A stretch of DNA of 24,000 bases, from positions 18,043 to 42,042 of the forward strand of contig JAPLTN010000073.1 of assembly GCA_026398135.1 (NCBI GenBank). The letters run 5' to 3'. Below the pieces are notes generated by a model. That model was not told the origin of the DNA, did not search any database, and saw only the letters and a program-made list of their open reading frames with translations. The translations under genes were made by a program, and so were the position numbers. Shown here piece by piece: positions 1 through 9,317 of this stretch. Every line of letters starts with the position of its first letter. The first letter of the stretch is position 1. Source of the DNA: Verrucomicrobiota bacterium (lineage in GTDB: Bacteria; Verrucomicrobiota; Verrucomicrobiia; Opitutales; Opitutaceae).

Positions 1-336
1 TCCGAGGGCATCGTGGATCTCATCTCCGGCGGCAGCCACATCGTCCTGTTTGTCACCGGACGCGGCAGCGTGATCGGCAGTCCCGTCTCGCCGCTGATCA
101 AGATCACCGGCAACGCCCGCACCTACGAGCGCATGCGCGAGGATATGGATTTCAACGCGGGCACGGTGCTTTCCGGCGAGCAGACGCTGGACGCCGCCGC
201 GCTCGACCTGCTCGGCCTGGTCACCCGCGTGGCGGCCGGCGAACCCTCCAGGCCCGAGAGCCTCGGGCACCGCGAATATTTCATCATGTATAAACATCAA
301 GAACCCCCCGGTCTTCAACAGGGGTGCCGCGCATGA
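1..336 (+). CDS. UxaA/GarD-family sugar-acid dehydratase, C-terminal fragment (gene begins upstream of the window)
   Basis: Frame 1 is open from base 1. The translation [26 protein letters not shown]...[10 protein letters not shown] parallels the C-terminus of the full-length UxaA in this window (HLILFTTGRGNPMGFPVPTVKISSN...GHREIAIWK). The stop TGA 334-336 overlaps the next ATG (ATGA). Confidence 0.8.
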   Translation, partial: SEGIVDLISGGSHIVLFVTGRGSVIGSPVSPLIKITGNARTYERMREDMDFNAGTVLSGEQTLDAAALDLLGLVTRVAAGEPSRPESLGHREYFIMYKHQEPPGLQQGCRA

Positions 337-1136
337 ACGCCGCACCCTCCTCCGCTTCCGGCGCGGCCCTGCCCTCGCTCTCGGCGGCGTTCGACCTCAC
401 CGGTCAGGTCGCCCTCATCACCGGCGGCGGCAGCGGACTCGGCTTCGGCATGGCCCGCTGCCTGGTCGCCGCCGGCGCCCGGGTCGTCCTCGTCGGACGG
501 CGCGAAGCCGAGCTGAAGGACGCCTGCCGCGCCCTCGGCGAACGCGCCTTTGCGCTGCCGGGGGACATCACCCGGCCGGGCATCGCCCCCCAGCTGGTGG
601 ACCAGGCCGAGGCGCTGGCCGGACCGGTCGGCATCTTGATCAACAACGCCGGCGTGCATCTGAAAAAGCCCGCTACGCAGACCACCGACGTGGAGTTCGC
701 CGCCGTGATTCAGACCCACGTGTTCGCCGCGTTCGCGCTCACCCGCGAGGCCGGCGCCCGCATGCTGGCTCGCAAGAGCGGCTCGATTATCTTCACCGCA
801 TCGATGACTTCGCTCATCGGCATGCCGCTGGTCGTGGCTTACTCGGCGGCCAAGTCGGCCCACCTCGGCATGGTGCGTTCGCTCGCCACCGAATTCGGAC
901 CGGAGGGCGTGCGCGTCAACGCCATCGCCCCCGGCTGGATCCAATCGGAGATGCTGGACAAGGCCCTGAGCGGCGATCCGGCGCGCAAGGCCAAGATCAT
1001 CGGCCGCACGCCGCTCGGCCGGTTCGGGCATCCCGACGACATCGGCTGGGCCGCCGTTTATCTCTGCTCCCCGGCGGGGCGCTTCATCAACGGACTCGTG
1101 CTGCCGGTGGACGGCGGCGCGGCGGTGGGCTTCTAA
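333..1136 (+). CDS. Short-chain dehydrogenase/reductase (gluconate-5-dehydrogenase / KduD-like SDR)
   Basis: Carries the SDR motifs [10 protein letters not shown] (TGxxxGxG), NNAG and YSAAKSA (YxxxK). ATG 333 forms an ATGA overlap with the upstream stop. The ORF track begins at GTG 324, which is the alternative start. Confidence 0.9.
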   Translation: MNAAPSSASGAALPSLSAAFDLTGQVALITGGGSGLGFGMARCLVAAGARVVLVGRREAELKDACRALGERAFALPGDITRPGIAPQLVDQAEALAGPVGILINNAGVHLKKPATQTTDVEFAAVIQTHVFAAFALTREAGARMLARKSGSIIFTASMTSLIGMPLVVAYSAAKSAHLGMVRSLATEFGPEGVRVNAIAPGWIQSEMLDKALSGDPARKAKIIGRTPLGRFGHPDDIGWAAVYLCSPAGRFINGLVLPVDGGAAVGF

Positions 1137-1138
1137 CC

Positions 1139-2401
1139 ATGACAAGTTCGCTACCCCTCCCCCAAATCGCACCGACCGTCGCCCGCCTCGTCGCCGGCGC
1201 GCCGGTGCTGGACATCCACACCCATCTCTACGACCCGGCCCAGGGCGAGATCCTGCTCTGGGGCATCGACGAGCAACTGACCTACCACTACCTGGTGGCC
1301 GAGGCGTTTCGCTGCCTCGACCTGCCTTATGCGCGGTTCTGGGCGATGAACAAAACCGAGCAGGCCGACCTGATCTGGCGCACGCTGTTCGTCGAACGCG
1401 CGCCCGTGTCGGAGGCCACCCGGGGCGTGGTCACCTCGCTCAATCTGCTCGGTCTCGACGTCGGGCCGGGCGAACTCCCGCGCATCCGTCGCTGGTTCGC
1501 CGAACAAAAACGCGAGCGGTTCGTCGATCTGGTGCTGGAAAAAGCCAACGTTCGCGCGCTGGTGATGACCAACTCGCCCTTCGACGATCTGGAGCGGCCC
1601 GGCTGGGAGCGAGGCTTCGCCCGCGATTCCCGTTTCAAAGCCGCGCTGCGCATCGACCCGCTGCTGCACGACTGGCCGCAAGCCGTCGGGCAACTCCAAC
1701 AAATGGGTTACGCGGTGAGTCTCGATTTTACCGCGCAGACCCTGTCCGAAGTGCGACGGTTCCTGGCCGACTGGGCCAGGCGGCTCGACGCGCTTTACGT
1801 GATGGCTTCGCTCCCGCCGAGCTACGCCTACCCCGACGTATCCGCCGTCACCACAGTGATCGAAAAGGCCATTTTGCCCTTCTGTCGCGAGCACGGGTTG
1901 CCCTTTGCCCTGATGCCGGGGGTAAAACCCAGGCTCATCAACCCCGAGTTGCGCATCGGCGGCCACGGCATGGGCCGCGTCGATCTGGACGGCTACGAAC
2001 GGCTGATCGGGGAAAACCCGGACGTGAAATTCCTGCTCACTGTGTTGTCGCGGGAAAACCAGCACCAGGTCTGCGTGATGGGCCGGAAATTCCGCAACCT
2101 CCATCCCTTCGGCTGCTGGTGGTTCCTGAACAACCCGGTCATCATCGAAGACATGACCCGTATGCGGCTGGAGATGCTCGGCCTGACCTTCACCGCCCAG
2201 CACTCCGACGCGCGCGTGCTCGATCAGTTGCTGTATAAATGGCCGCATTTCCGCGCCCTGGGCGCGAAGGTCCTCGCCGCCAAATATGAAGACACCGCGC
2301 GGTCGGGCTGGCCGGTCACCGAGACGATCATCGCCGAGGGCGTTCACGCCTTGCTCGGCGGCGAGTTCGAGCGCTTTCTACCTCCGCCCAAGGCAGGCTG
2401 A
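1139..2401 (+). CDS. Amidohydrolase-superfamily uronate isomerase-like protein (Bh0493-type, not canonical UxaC)
   Basis: 420 aa with the N-terminal metal-ligand motif VLDIHTHLYDP (HxH). The stretch GEILLWGIDEQLTYHYLVAE...FWAMNKTEQADLIW resembles, from memory, the divergent uronate isomerase family. It sits between an SDR and a hexuronate transporter. Confidence 0.65.
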   Translation: MTSSLPLPQIAPTVARLVAGAPVLDIHTHLYDPAQGEILLWGIDEQLTYHYLVAEAFRCLDLPYARFWAMNKTEQADLIWRTLFVERAPVSEATRGVVTSLNLLGLDVGPGELPRIRRWFAEQKRERFVDLVLEKANVRALVMTNSPFDDLERPGWERGFARDSRFKAALRIDPLLHDWPQAVGQLQQMGYAVSLDFTAQTLSEVRRFLADWARRLDALYVMASLPPSYAYPDVSAVTTVIEKAILPFCREHGLPFALMPGVKPRLINPELRIGGHGMGRVDLDGYERLIGENPDVKFLLTVLSRENQHQVCVMGRKFRNLHPFGCWWFLNNPVIIEDMTRMRLEMLGLTFTAQHSDARVLDQLLYKWPHFRALGAKVLAAKYEDTARSGWPVTETIIAEGVHALLGGEFERFLPPPKAG

Positions 2402-2463
2402 GGAGCACTCCCCGCCGCTTCCGCCACCGCCCCAGCCGTTACCCGTTTACCCTTACCCCACCC

Positions 2464-3867
2464 ATGACGTTTACCCCTTCCCCGGCGAAACCGGGCTCCG
2501 CCAACCTGGCGACCGGGCGCACGCGCTGGATTATCTGCGCGCTCCTGTTCTTCTCCGTCACGGTCAACTACATCGACCGGCTGGTGATCGGCATCTTGAA
2601 GAAGCCGATCAGCGCCGAGCTGGGTTGGACGGATGCCGACTACGGCTACATCACGGCGTTTTTCTCCTTCGCCTATGCGTTCGGCTACCTGATCGGCGGC
2701 CGCATGATCGACAAGTGGGGGGTGAAAAAGGGCCTGCCTGTATTCGTGTCGTTATGGAGTTTTGCCGCCGTGGCGCACGGTTTGGTCAGCTTCGTGGACA
2801 AGACCGCGCAATTCCGCCTGGACTATCCCTGGTTTTCTTTCGCCGAGGTCGGCTTCACGTGGTTGACGCTTGCCATGCCGATGACCGCGGTCGGCTTCGT
2901 ACTCGCCCGGGTGGCGCTCGGGCTGACCGAGGGGGCCAATTTCCCCGCCGCGATCAAGACCGTCGCCGAATGGTTCCCGGTCAAAGAGCGGGCGCTGGCG
3001 ACAGGCTGGTTTAACGCCGGCACCAACGTCGGCGCGGTGTTATGCCCGATCGCCGTGCCCTGGATGTATTATCACATCGGCTGGGCCTCGACGTTCTACG
3101 CCACCGGCGCGACCGGCTTCGTGTGGTTGATCGCCTGGTGGTTTGCCTATGACGAACCCGAGAAACACCGCTGGCTCTCGCGCGACGAGCTGGCCTATAT
3201 CCGGGCCGGGCAGCCGCCGGTTGAGACCGTGCCGGTCAAGGTGCCCTGGCTTTCCTTGTTTAAATACAAACCGGTCTGGGCCTATGCGCTGGCCAGCATG
3301 TTGGCCGGGCCGGCCTGGGGCTTTTATCAATCCTTCGTGCCGGACTTTTTGGAAAAACGCTTCCACCTCAGCCTCCAGCAGACGGGATGGTGGACCGGGG
3401 CCTTTTTCGGCATCGCAGCGGTGGGGGGCATCGTCGGCGGCTGGCTGGCCGGCGTATTACTCGGCCGCCAATGGTCCATCAATGCCGCGCGCAAAACCAC
3501 CCTGCTCATCTGCGCGCTGGCGGTGGTACCGGTCTTCCTCGCTCCCTACGCCGGCAGTGTGTTGCTCACGGTGTTGATCGTCGGGGTGGCCGGCGCGGCG
3601 CATCAAGGTTGGTCGGCCAATTTGTACAGCGTGGTCTCGGATACGATGCCCAAGCAGGCCATCAGTTCGGTGATCGGACTCGGCGGGTTTCTGGCCTATT
3701 TTACCGGCGGCTTCGTAAACGGTATCACCGGGACGATTTTACAGAAAACCGGCAGCTACGTGCCTGTTTTCGCCTACTTTTCCGGTACGTATTTGTTATC
3801 ACTGCTCGCCATTCAACTGCTGGTTCCGACGCTGGGTGGCCGGGATTCCGCACCCCGGGCACCTTAA
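2464..3867 (+). CDS. exuT: MFS transporter, ACS family, hexuronate transporter-like
   Basis: 467 aa with about 12 hydrophobic segments. The N-terminus TRWIICALLFFSVTVNYIDRLVIG...GYITAFFSFAYAFGYLIGG and the motif AAIKTVAEWFPVKERALATGWFNAGTNVG align with the E. coli ExuT pattern (SSEWFPAKERSIAVGYFNVGSSIG). Confidence 0.8.
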   Translation: MTFTPSPAKPGSANLATGRTRWIICALLFFSVTVNYIDRLVIGILKKPISAELGWTDADYGYITAFFSFAYAFGYLIGGRMIDKWGVKKGLPVFVSLWSFAAVAHGLVSFVDKTAQFRLDYPWFSFAEVGFTWLTLAMPMTAVGFVLARVALGLTEGANFPAAIKTVAEWFPVKERALATGWFNAGTNVGAVLCPIAVPWMYYHIGWASTFYATGATGFVWLIAWWFAYDEPEKHRWLSRDELAYIRAGQPPVETVPVKVPWLSLFKYKPVWAYALASMLAGPAWGFYQSFVPDFLEKRFHLSLQQTGWWTGAFFGIAAVGGIVGGWLAGVLLGRQWSINAARKTTLLICALAVVPVFLAPYAGSVLLTVLIVGVAGAAHQGWSANLYSVVSDTMPKQAISSVIGLGGFLAYFTGGFVNGITGTILQKTGSYVPVFAYFSGTYLLSLLAIQLLVPTLGGRDSAPRAP

Positions 3868-3907
3868 TCGCTCTTTCCCACTCCCGTTCCACTCCATTTA
3901 GTAAATT

Positions 3908-5956
3908 ATGCACACAACCCCAAACAATTATACCATGAATATAATTCTCCCCGCCAACGGCCTTTATCATAGTTTGAAAACCCGCTTGCAGCGCACTGCG
4001 TCCGGTTCCTTGCGTTGCGCATTGCTGGCGCTCAGCCTTTGGGCGGCCCTGCCGGATACAGGCCGCGGCGCCGACGCACCGGTGCCCGCACAGCTGCCCA
4101 GGGGCTCGTGGGTGGAGCCGACGCAGGGCTTTGCGGCGGAAACCTTTACCCTTGGTGATGGCGAAACCCGCAAAGGTGGCTGGGGGGGGTATTCACCCAA
4201 TGAGCGCCGGTATTTTAACGAATATCTGTCGGCGCTATTCGAACGCACGCTCGTGGTCAATGCGCCGTCCGACAAACGGGCCTTGCGATGGGTTTTCACC
4301 GGCGAGCGTGCCATGCTCACGATCAGGCATGACGGCCCGAAAAAAGCGCTCAAGTTGTGGCTTAGTTTCCACGATTCGCCAGGCTTCGATTTTCTGGAAA
4401 AAGACGCTCTAACCAAAAACTTAGATAAAACACACCCGACCCGTAACCCCCAGTTTGAGGCGAAAGAATTGTCCTTTAGTCTCCCTGAATCGGCGGAGCC
4501 TCGCGCCTTGACCGTAAGGATAGACCAAAATCAGTCGCTGGTCGTTTTGGTCGATGGTACAGAGGTGTTGAAAACAACACCCTGGGTGCATACTTTTACG
4601 CGTCATCAGTTACAATTAGACAGCGGATCGGGCCCGCTGGCCTTCCGCTTGCTCACTCCGCAGCCCCGCAAGGTGACCGTGACGGTGGATTCCTCCAAGC
4701 CGCATCAAACCATGCTGGGTTGGGGCGGCATCGGCACGCCGACCGCCTATCGTGAACTAAGCGAAGAAGGTCGTCGGCAATGGTGGCGTTGGGTCGCGGA
4801 CTATAACCTGCTATTTCAGCGCGAGTATCCAGTCGGCTCGGAGTTGACCCCGGAAATGGACAACTGGGAGAAGCTTAGCGACGCCAAGGCTCATTATTAT
4901 GGCGAAAACTTCCCTAACGGTGAAGTCAGCGACTTCGCTTATAACAAAGCCATTCAGGCTTTGGGCGGCTTTGTTATTTTCGAGTTTTGGGATTTCCCCC
5001 GCTGGATCGGCACCAATGCAGAGGAGTATGCCAGGGCGATGGTCAATTATTGCGAATTAGCTAAAGCGAAGACGGGCTTGGCGCCTTTTGCCGTCGGTGT
5101 TCAAAATGAAGTCCCAATGAAACCGGAACTGGTGGAGCCTTTTGTTACAACCTTGCGCAAAAGACTGGATGAGAAAGGTTTTAAGGATGTCAAAATCCAC
5201 ATGGCCAACGCTCCCTATTTTTACCTCGCACTCGAAGTCTTGCCTCCTTACCGAGACAATCCCGTTGTGTGGGATAAAATCGATTTCGCCGCTACCAACA
5301 ACTATGATGTGCAGAAGCACTTCACCAATATCGACAATATAGACGGTATTCTCCTAAAATGGAATGAACGCACGGGGGACAAGCCCTTCTTGGCTACCGA
5401 GTGGTGTGTCAATGATCGGCCTTCGCAGAACGATGGGTACATCTTGGCGCTCACGAGTGGTCAAATTTATCATAAACTGCTTACTATAACGGATGCGGTG
5501 CTGATTAGTTATTGTTGGACTATACTCAACACCGAGCAACCTAGCTATGCGATGACCCGGTCATTATTCGCGATCGACCGCGCCAATGGTTTCGTGCCCA
5601 AACCCTCCAGTGCGCAACTGCGCGTGTATGGTGCGTATAGCCGCCGTGTGCAGCGCGGCATGGTGCGCAGCGAGACGGTTTCCAGCGATCCCAATGTGTT
5701 GGCTACCGCATTCAAAGACCAAGCCGGGCGAACAACCCTGGTCTTGCTCAATCGCGGCACCTCACCGGCGCAAGTCACCTGGAACTGGCCCGGAGCAAAA
5801 CCGACCACCGTGGAACTCACCGATCCTTATCATCAAAACCAAATTCTCACCGGAGCGCCGTCGCCATCCCGGCCAGTGATTATTCCGGCCGGCGCAATCG
5901 TCACCCTAAGCGACGTGCCGCTGGTGACGCTTCCGGCTGGTTTCCAGGTGCCTTGA
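3908..5956 (+). CDS. Secreted clan GH-A glycoside hydrolase, GH30-like, with about 250-aa N-terminal region of unknown function
   Basis: Signal-peptide-like segment LRCALLALSLWAALPDTGRGADAP. The catalytic-domain start resembles GH30 (HQTMLGWGGIG). A candidate acid/base glutamate sits in GVQNEV and a candidate nucleophile in LATEWC, 97 residues later, which is GH30-like spacing. The C-terminus looks like a beta-sandwich (ATAFKDQAGRTTLVLLNRG). An alternative start is ATG 3935. GC is visibly lower than in the flanks. Confidence 0.55.
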   Translation: MHTTPNNYTMNIILPANGLYHSLKTRLQRTASGSLRCALLALSLWAALPDTGRGADAPVPAQLPRGSWVEPTQGFAAETFTLGDGETRKGGWGGYSPNERRYFNEYLSALFERTLVVNAPSDKRALRWVFTGERAMLTIRHDGPKKALKLWLSFHDSPGFDFLEKDALTKNLDKTHPTRNPQFEAKELSFSLPESAEPRALTVRIDQNQSLVVLVDGTEVLKTTPWVHTFTRHQLQLDSGSGPLAFRLLTPQPRKVTVTVDSSKPHQTMLGWGGIGTPTAYRELSEEGRRQWWRWVADYNLLFQREYPVGSELTPEMDNWEKLSDAKAHYYGENFPNGEVSDFAYNKAIQALGGFVIFEFWDFPRWIGTNAEEYARAMVNYCELAKAKTGLAPFAVGVQNEVPMKPELVEPFVTTLRKRLDEKGFKDVKIHMANAPYFYLALEVLPPYRDNPVVWDKIDFAATNNYDVQKHFTNIDNIDGILLKWNERTGDKPFLATEWCVNDRPSQNDGYILALTSGQIYHKLLTITDAVLISYCWTILNTEQPSYAMTRSLFAIDRANGFVPKPSSAQLRVYGAYSRRVQRGMVRSETVSSDPNVLATAFKDQAGRTTLVLLNRGTSPAQVTWNWPGAKPTTVELTDPYHQNQILTGAPSPSRPVIIPAGAIVTLSDVPLVTLPAGFQVP

Positions 5957-6547
5957 GCCTAAATCCGGCAGCAGGAATTAACCACCGATTGCAGAGAGAG
6001 TACGGATAAAGGCAGTTACTGATCAGATATCCATGAATGAATAATCACCCGAAGGGTGAGCATAGTGAGTTCTATAATGCCTTGATAATACGTGTCTATC
6101 TGTGGAATCCGTGGTTCAACTGCTTTTTCCAGGTATAATACCGCCCCCAGCCAATGATACTATAATCCAAAGTGATCTGCTTTATTTTAATAAAACGACC
6201 GCACCTGGCTCCGATTTCCGCCAAATCATAACAAGCAAACAAAAACCACATGATTAATACTATTTCGCATTCTGTAATATAAAATCTCATTATCTCCCGT
6301 AGGGCGTTCGCTCGCGAATGCCGTGCCGTGCGATATGCGTCGGGCGAGCGCGGACGTCGGCGAGCGACGTCCCTACAATCGGAATCAGGCATCACTCCGT
6401 TTTTATACGTTTGAAAGCGAAAGGGTATCAGGCTGCCCGTGCTTCATGAACCCCAATCAACCGCCGTCAGCAAAGCGGCAGGCCGCACTCGCCGCATCGC
6501 CCACTCCATACGTTGGGCTCCAGTGTTACACCGGGCATCACGGCGCG

Positions 6548-7663
6548 TCACCTATCCAGCACGCTTGAAAGCAGCGGTGCGGAGCGGCCAAAGCGGGTCC
6601 GATACTCGGCCAGCGTGGGCACTAAGCGCACCTTCACCTTGGCCTCGTGATTAAGCGCAATGCTGGAAAGCGCGTGGTTAAGAAACGGATTCCGAAATCG
6701 ATCCAGCGTAGCGCGCGCGAAGGCCTCGGCCTCCGGCGCACGCTCGGCAATAACCGGCACGATCTCCTCGGCCAAAACCCGCTCCAGCCAGGGACCGACC
6801 TCGGGGTGCTCGACACACTCACGGACGGTTTTTAGGCCCATGGGCATTGCGTGCGCCACCAGCGCGGTATGCGCGCCGTTGAGGATTCTCACTTTGCGCA
6901 GATAATACGGCGCGAGATCGGAAGTAAGCGTGACCGCCGGATGTTTAAAAAACGGTTGATCCCCCTGCACCTCCACGCCCCAAAAGGCGAAGGGCTCGGC
7001 ACTGAGCAGCAGGGGGTCGGTGTCCTTTAATGGATGCGTTTCCGGCGGGCCGGGCACGATACGGTCAACGAGATTGTCCACCCAGCGGCAGGCTTCCCGC
7101 AACCAGCTTTGGGCGGCGGAAGAAACGCTCCAACGCACGGCCTGGGTGAGCACCAATTCGCGGAGTTTTTGACCATTTTTCTCGATCAATTCGCAGGGCA
7201 CAATGGCGGGGGCGGGCAGTCCGGCGGCATGACGGGCGAGCAACACGTCGAGTAATTTGGCCGGAAACGAATGCGGCGTTTGCCCGCAGCCCGGCGGGAG
7301 TGGGCCGTCACGATCGTCCAGGGCGAAACCGGCCTCGGTGGTGTTGGACAAGATCCAGCGCAAGTCGGGCGAACAGGCGACCTCGCGCACCTCGCTCCAC
7401 TGGGTGCCCGCGTGCAAGGCGCGTGAAATCGAATCCACCGTTTCGACTTCATTCACGACCTGACCTGCGGCGTAACCTTGGATGGCTACGTGGTAGCGAC
7501 CGGCGGCGGCGTTGAGCGCATCGGCGCGAGCGCGGTCGGTGGACTGCACCACCACGATCCGACCGATACAAGTGGCCGGATCACGGTTCGCCTGGGCGAT
7601 GAATAAATCGGCAAAGGCTCGCAGGAAATTACCGGCGCCGAATTGGAGGATGGTTTCAGACAT
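6548..7663 (-). CDS. uxaB: Mannitol-dehydrogenase-family oxidoreductase, tagaturonate reductase (altronate oxidoreductase)-like
   Basis: The N-terminus ILQFGAGNFLRAFADLFI matches the UxaB/UxuB Rossmann start (E. coli IIQFGEGNFLRAFVDW). It lies directly downstream of uxaA on the same strand. At 371 aa it is shorter than E. coli UxaB. Confidence 0.7.
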   Translation of the reverse strand: MSETILQFGAGNFLRAFADLFIAQANRDPATCIGRIVVVQSTDRARADALNAAAGRYHVAIQGYAAGQVVNEVETVDSISRALHAGTQWSEVREVACSPDLRWILSNTTEAGFALDDRDGPLPPGCGQTPHSFPAKLLDVLLARHAAGLPAPAIVPCELIEKNGQKLRELVLTQAVRWSVSSAAQSWLREACRWVDNLVDRIVPGPPETHPLKDTDPLLLSAEPFAFWGVEVQGDQPFFKHPAVTLTSDLAPYYLRKVRILNGAHTALVAHAMPMGLKTVRECVEHPEVGPWLERVLAEEIVPVIAERAPEAEAFARATLDRFRNPFLNHALSSIALNHEAKVKVRLVPTLAEYRTRFGRSAPLLSSVLDR

Positions 7664-7726
7664 GGTCAGATGGGGCGAGTGGGCGGAGGTTTAAAATAGC
7701 GGAAATATCGCGAGGGCAGCCCTCCG

Positions 7727-9253
7727 TCAGAGCGTCACGCCATCCTTCCAGATGGCGATTTCGCGGTGGCCCCGGGTCTCGTTGCGGGTGCGTTGACGGC
7801 CGGAAGCATAGTCGAGAATCTGCTGCCAGAGTGCGTCGCTGAGCTGGTCGAAATCGGCCGTGCCGTCGGCGATGGGACCGGCGTTGAAGTCGATCCAATG
7901 CGGTTTTCGCGTGGCGAGATCGGTGTTGCTGGAGATTTTCACCGTGGGCACGGGGAAGCCCATCGGGTTGCCGCGCCCGGTGGTGAACAAGATCAGGTGC
8001 GCACCGGCCACGGTCATGGCGGTGCCGGACACACCGTCGTTGCCCGGTCCTTGCACGAGGGCGAGTCCGCCGAGGCCGGGTTTTGCGGGCGTTCCATAGG
8101 GAAGAACTTGGGCGACAGGGGCTTGTCCGCCTTTCTGCACGCAGCCGAGGGACTTGTCGGCGAGGGTGGTGATGCCGCCGTCCTTGTTTCCCGGAGACGG
8201 ATTTTCGTCGATGGGCTCGTTGTGCTTTCGGAAATAGGCGCGGAAGTCGTTAACCAGATTCACGACGCCGGTGAACGCCGTTTCGTCCACCGTGCGTTCC
8301 AACAGCATGCGTTCGGCCCCGAACATTTCCGGCACCTCGGTGAGCAGCACGGTGCCACCGGCGGCGGCGTGGCGGTCGGCAATGCGGCCGACCAAGGGAT
8401 TGGCGGTTATGCCGCTAAACCCATCCGAACCGCCGCACTTCATGCCGAGAATAAGCTCGGAGACAGGAATGGGCTGGCGCTTGAAACCGCGGACATAAGC
8501 GGCGAGTTCGCGCACGGCGGCCAGCCCGGACTCGATCTCATCCGAGACCTGTTGCGCGTTAAACCAGCGGATGCGTTCCGAGGCTTGCGGACCGAGCAGG
8601 GCCAAAAAGGCCTTCATCTGGTTGTTTTCGCAACCGAGGCCGAGCACCAGCACGGCGGCCGCGTTGGGGTGGCGGGCGAGGCCGGCCAGGACCTTCTGGG
8701 TGTAGCCAAGATCATCGCCCAGTTGCGAACAGCCAAAGGGGTGGGGAAAAGCATGCACGCCGTCGATGCCTGACCCCGGTGCAGCCAGTTCGGCATGGGC
8801 GGCGGCGGCGATTTTTTCCGAAGCCACGTTCACGCACCCGACGGTGTTGACGATCCAGATTTCGTTGCGAGTCGCGGCGCGGCCGTCCGGGCGACGATAG
8901 CCATCGAAAGTGGCGGTAGGACGCTGGCCAGCAGCGGCGGGGCGTTGACCGGTACGGGCCACCTCCGAAAAACGAAGGGTTTCCAGCGTCTCGGGGAGAT
9001 TTCCCCGGACATTATGCGTATGGACATGAGCACCGGCAGGGATGGCGGTGGAAGCAACGCCGATGGCATAACCGTATTTCTTTACGACGGATCCTGCCTC
9101 GATGCGGGCCAGCGCGACCTTGTGGCCGGCCGGGATGGCTTCCACGACTCGAACCCCGAGACACTCGGCGCCGACCTCGGCCGGACGGAGGGCGACGGCT
9201 ACGTTATCCTCGGGGTGAATACGGAGAAATCCGAAAGCGGGTGTTGAACTCAT
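7727..9253 (-). CDS. uxaA: Altronate dehydratase (altronate hydrolase)
   Basis: 508 aa, the typical UxaA length. It has a SAF-like N-terminus (LRIHPEDNVAVALRP...IPAGHKVAL), a conserved core (GMKCGGSDGFSGITANP) and a C-terminal GD_AH_C-like end (LILFTTGRGNPMGFPVPT). Confidence 0.9.
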   Translation of the reverse strand: MSSTPAFGFLRIHPEDNVAVALRPAEVGAECLGVRVVEAIPAGHKVALARIEAGSVVKKYGYAIGVASTAIPAGAHVHTHNVRGNLPETLETLRFSEVARTGQRPAAAGQRPTATFDGYRRPDGRAATRNEIWIVNTVGCVNVASEKIAAAAHAELAAPGSGIDGVHAFPHPFGCSQLGDDLGYTQKVLAGLARHPNAAAVLVLGLGCENNQMKAFLALLGPQASERIRWFNAQQVSDEIESGLAAVRELAAYVRGFKRQPIPVSELILGMKCGGSDGFSGITANPLVGRIADRHAAAGGTVLLTEVPEMFGAERMLLERTVDETAFTGVVNLVNDFRAYFRKHNEPIDENPSPGNKDGGITTLADKSLGCVQKGGQAPVAQVLPYGTPAKPGLGGLALVQGPGNDGVSGTAMTVAGAHLILFTTGRGNPMGFPVPTVKISSNTDLATRKPHWIDFNAGPIADGTADFDQLSDALWQQILDYASGRQRTRNETRGHREIAIWKDGVTL

Positions 9254-9317
9254 GCAGCCAGATATAGGGGGCGCGGCTGATCGACTGAAGGATTTTAGGA
9301 TAGCTGAAGACCTCGCA

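Noticed and set aside
6096-6395. 99-aa minus-strand ORF (or a 64-aa version from ATG 6290 with one hydrophobic segment) in the AT-rich spacer
   Set aside because: Its 5' third is a translation of the GC-rich stem-repeat region. It has no recognisable family motifs and no convincing RBS. I cannot exclude a small membrane protein, but support is insufficient to annotate it.
315-9247. Antisense or shadow ORFs in the sugar-acid locus (315-1172 -, 1151-2347 -, 2286-3014 +, 3143-3577 +, 3387-3938 +, 7766-8773 +, 8795-9247 +)
   Set aside because: Each lies opposite to, or out of frame with, a gene with strong family motifs, and none has recognisable motifs of its own.
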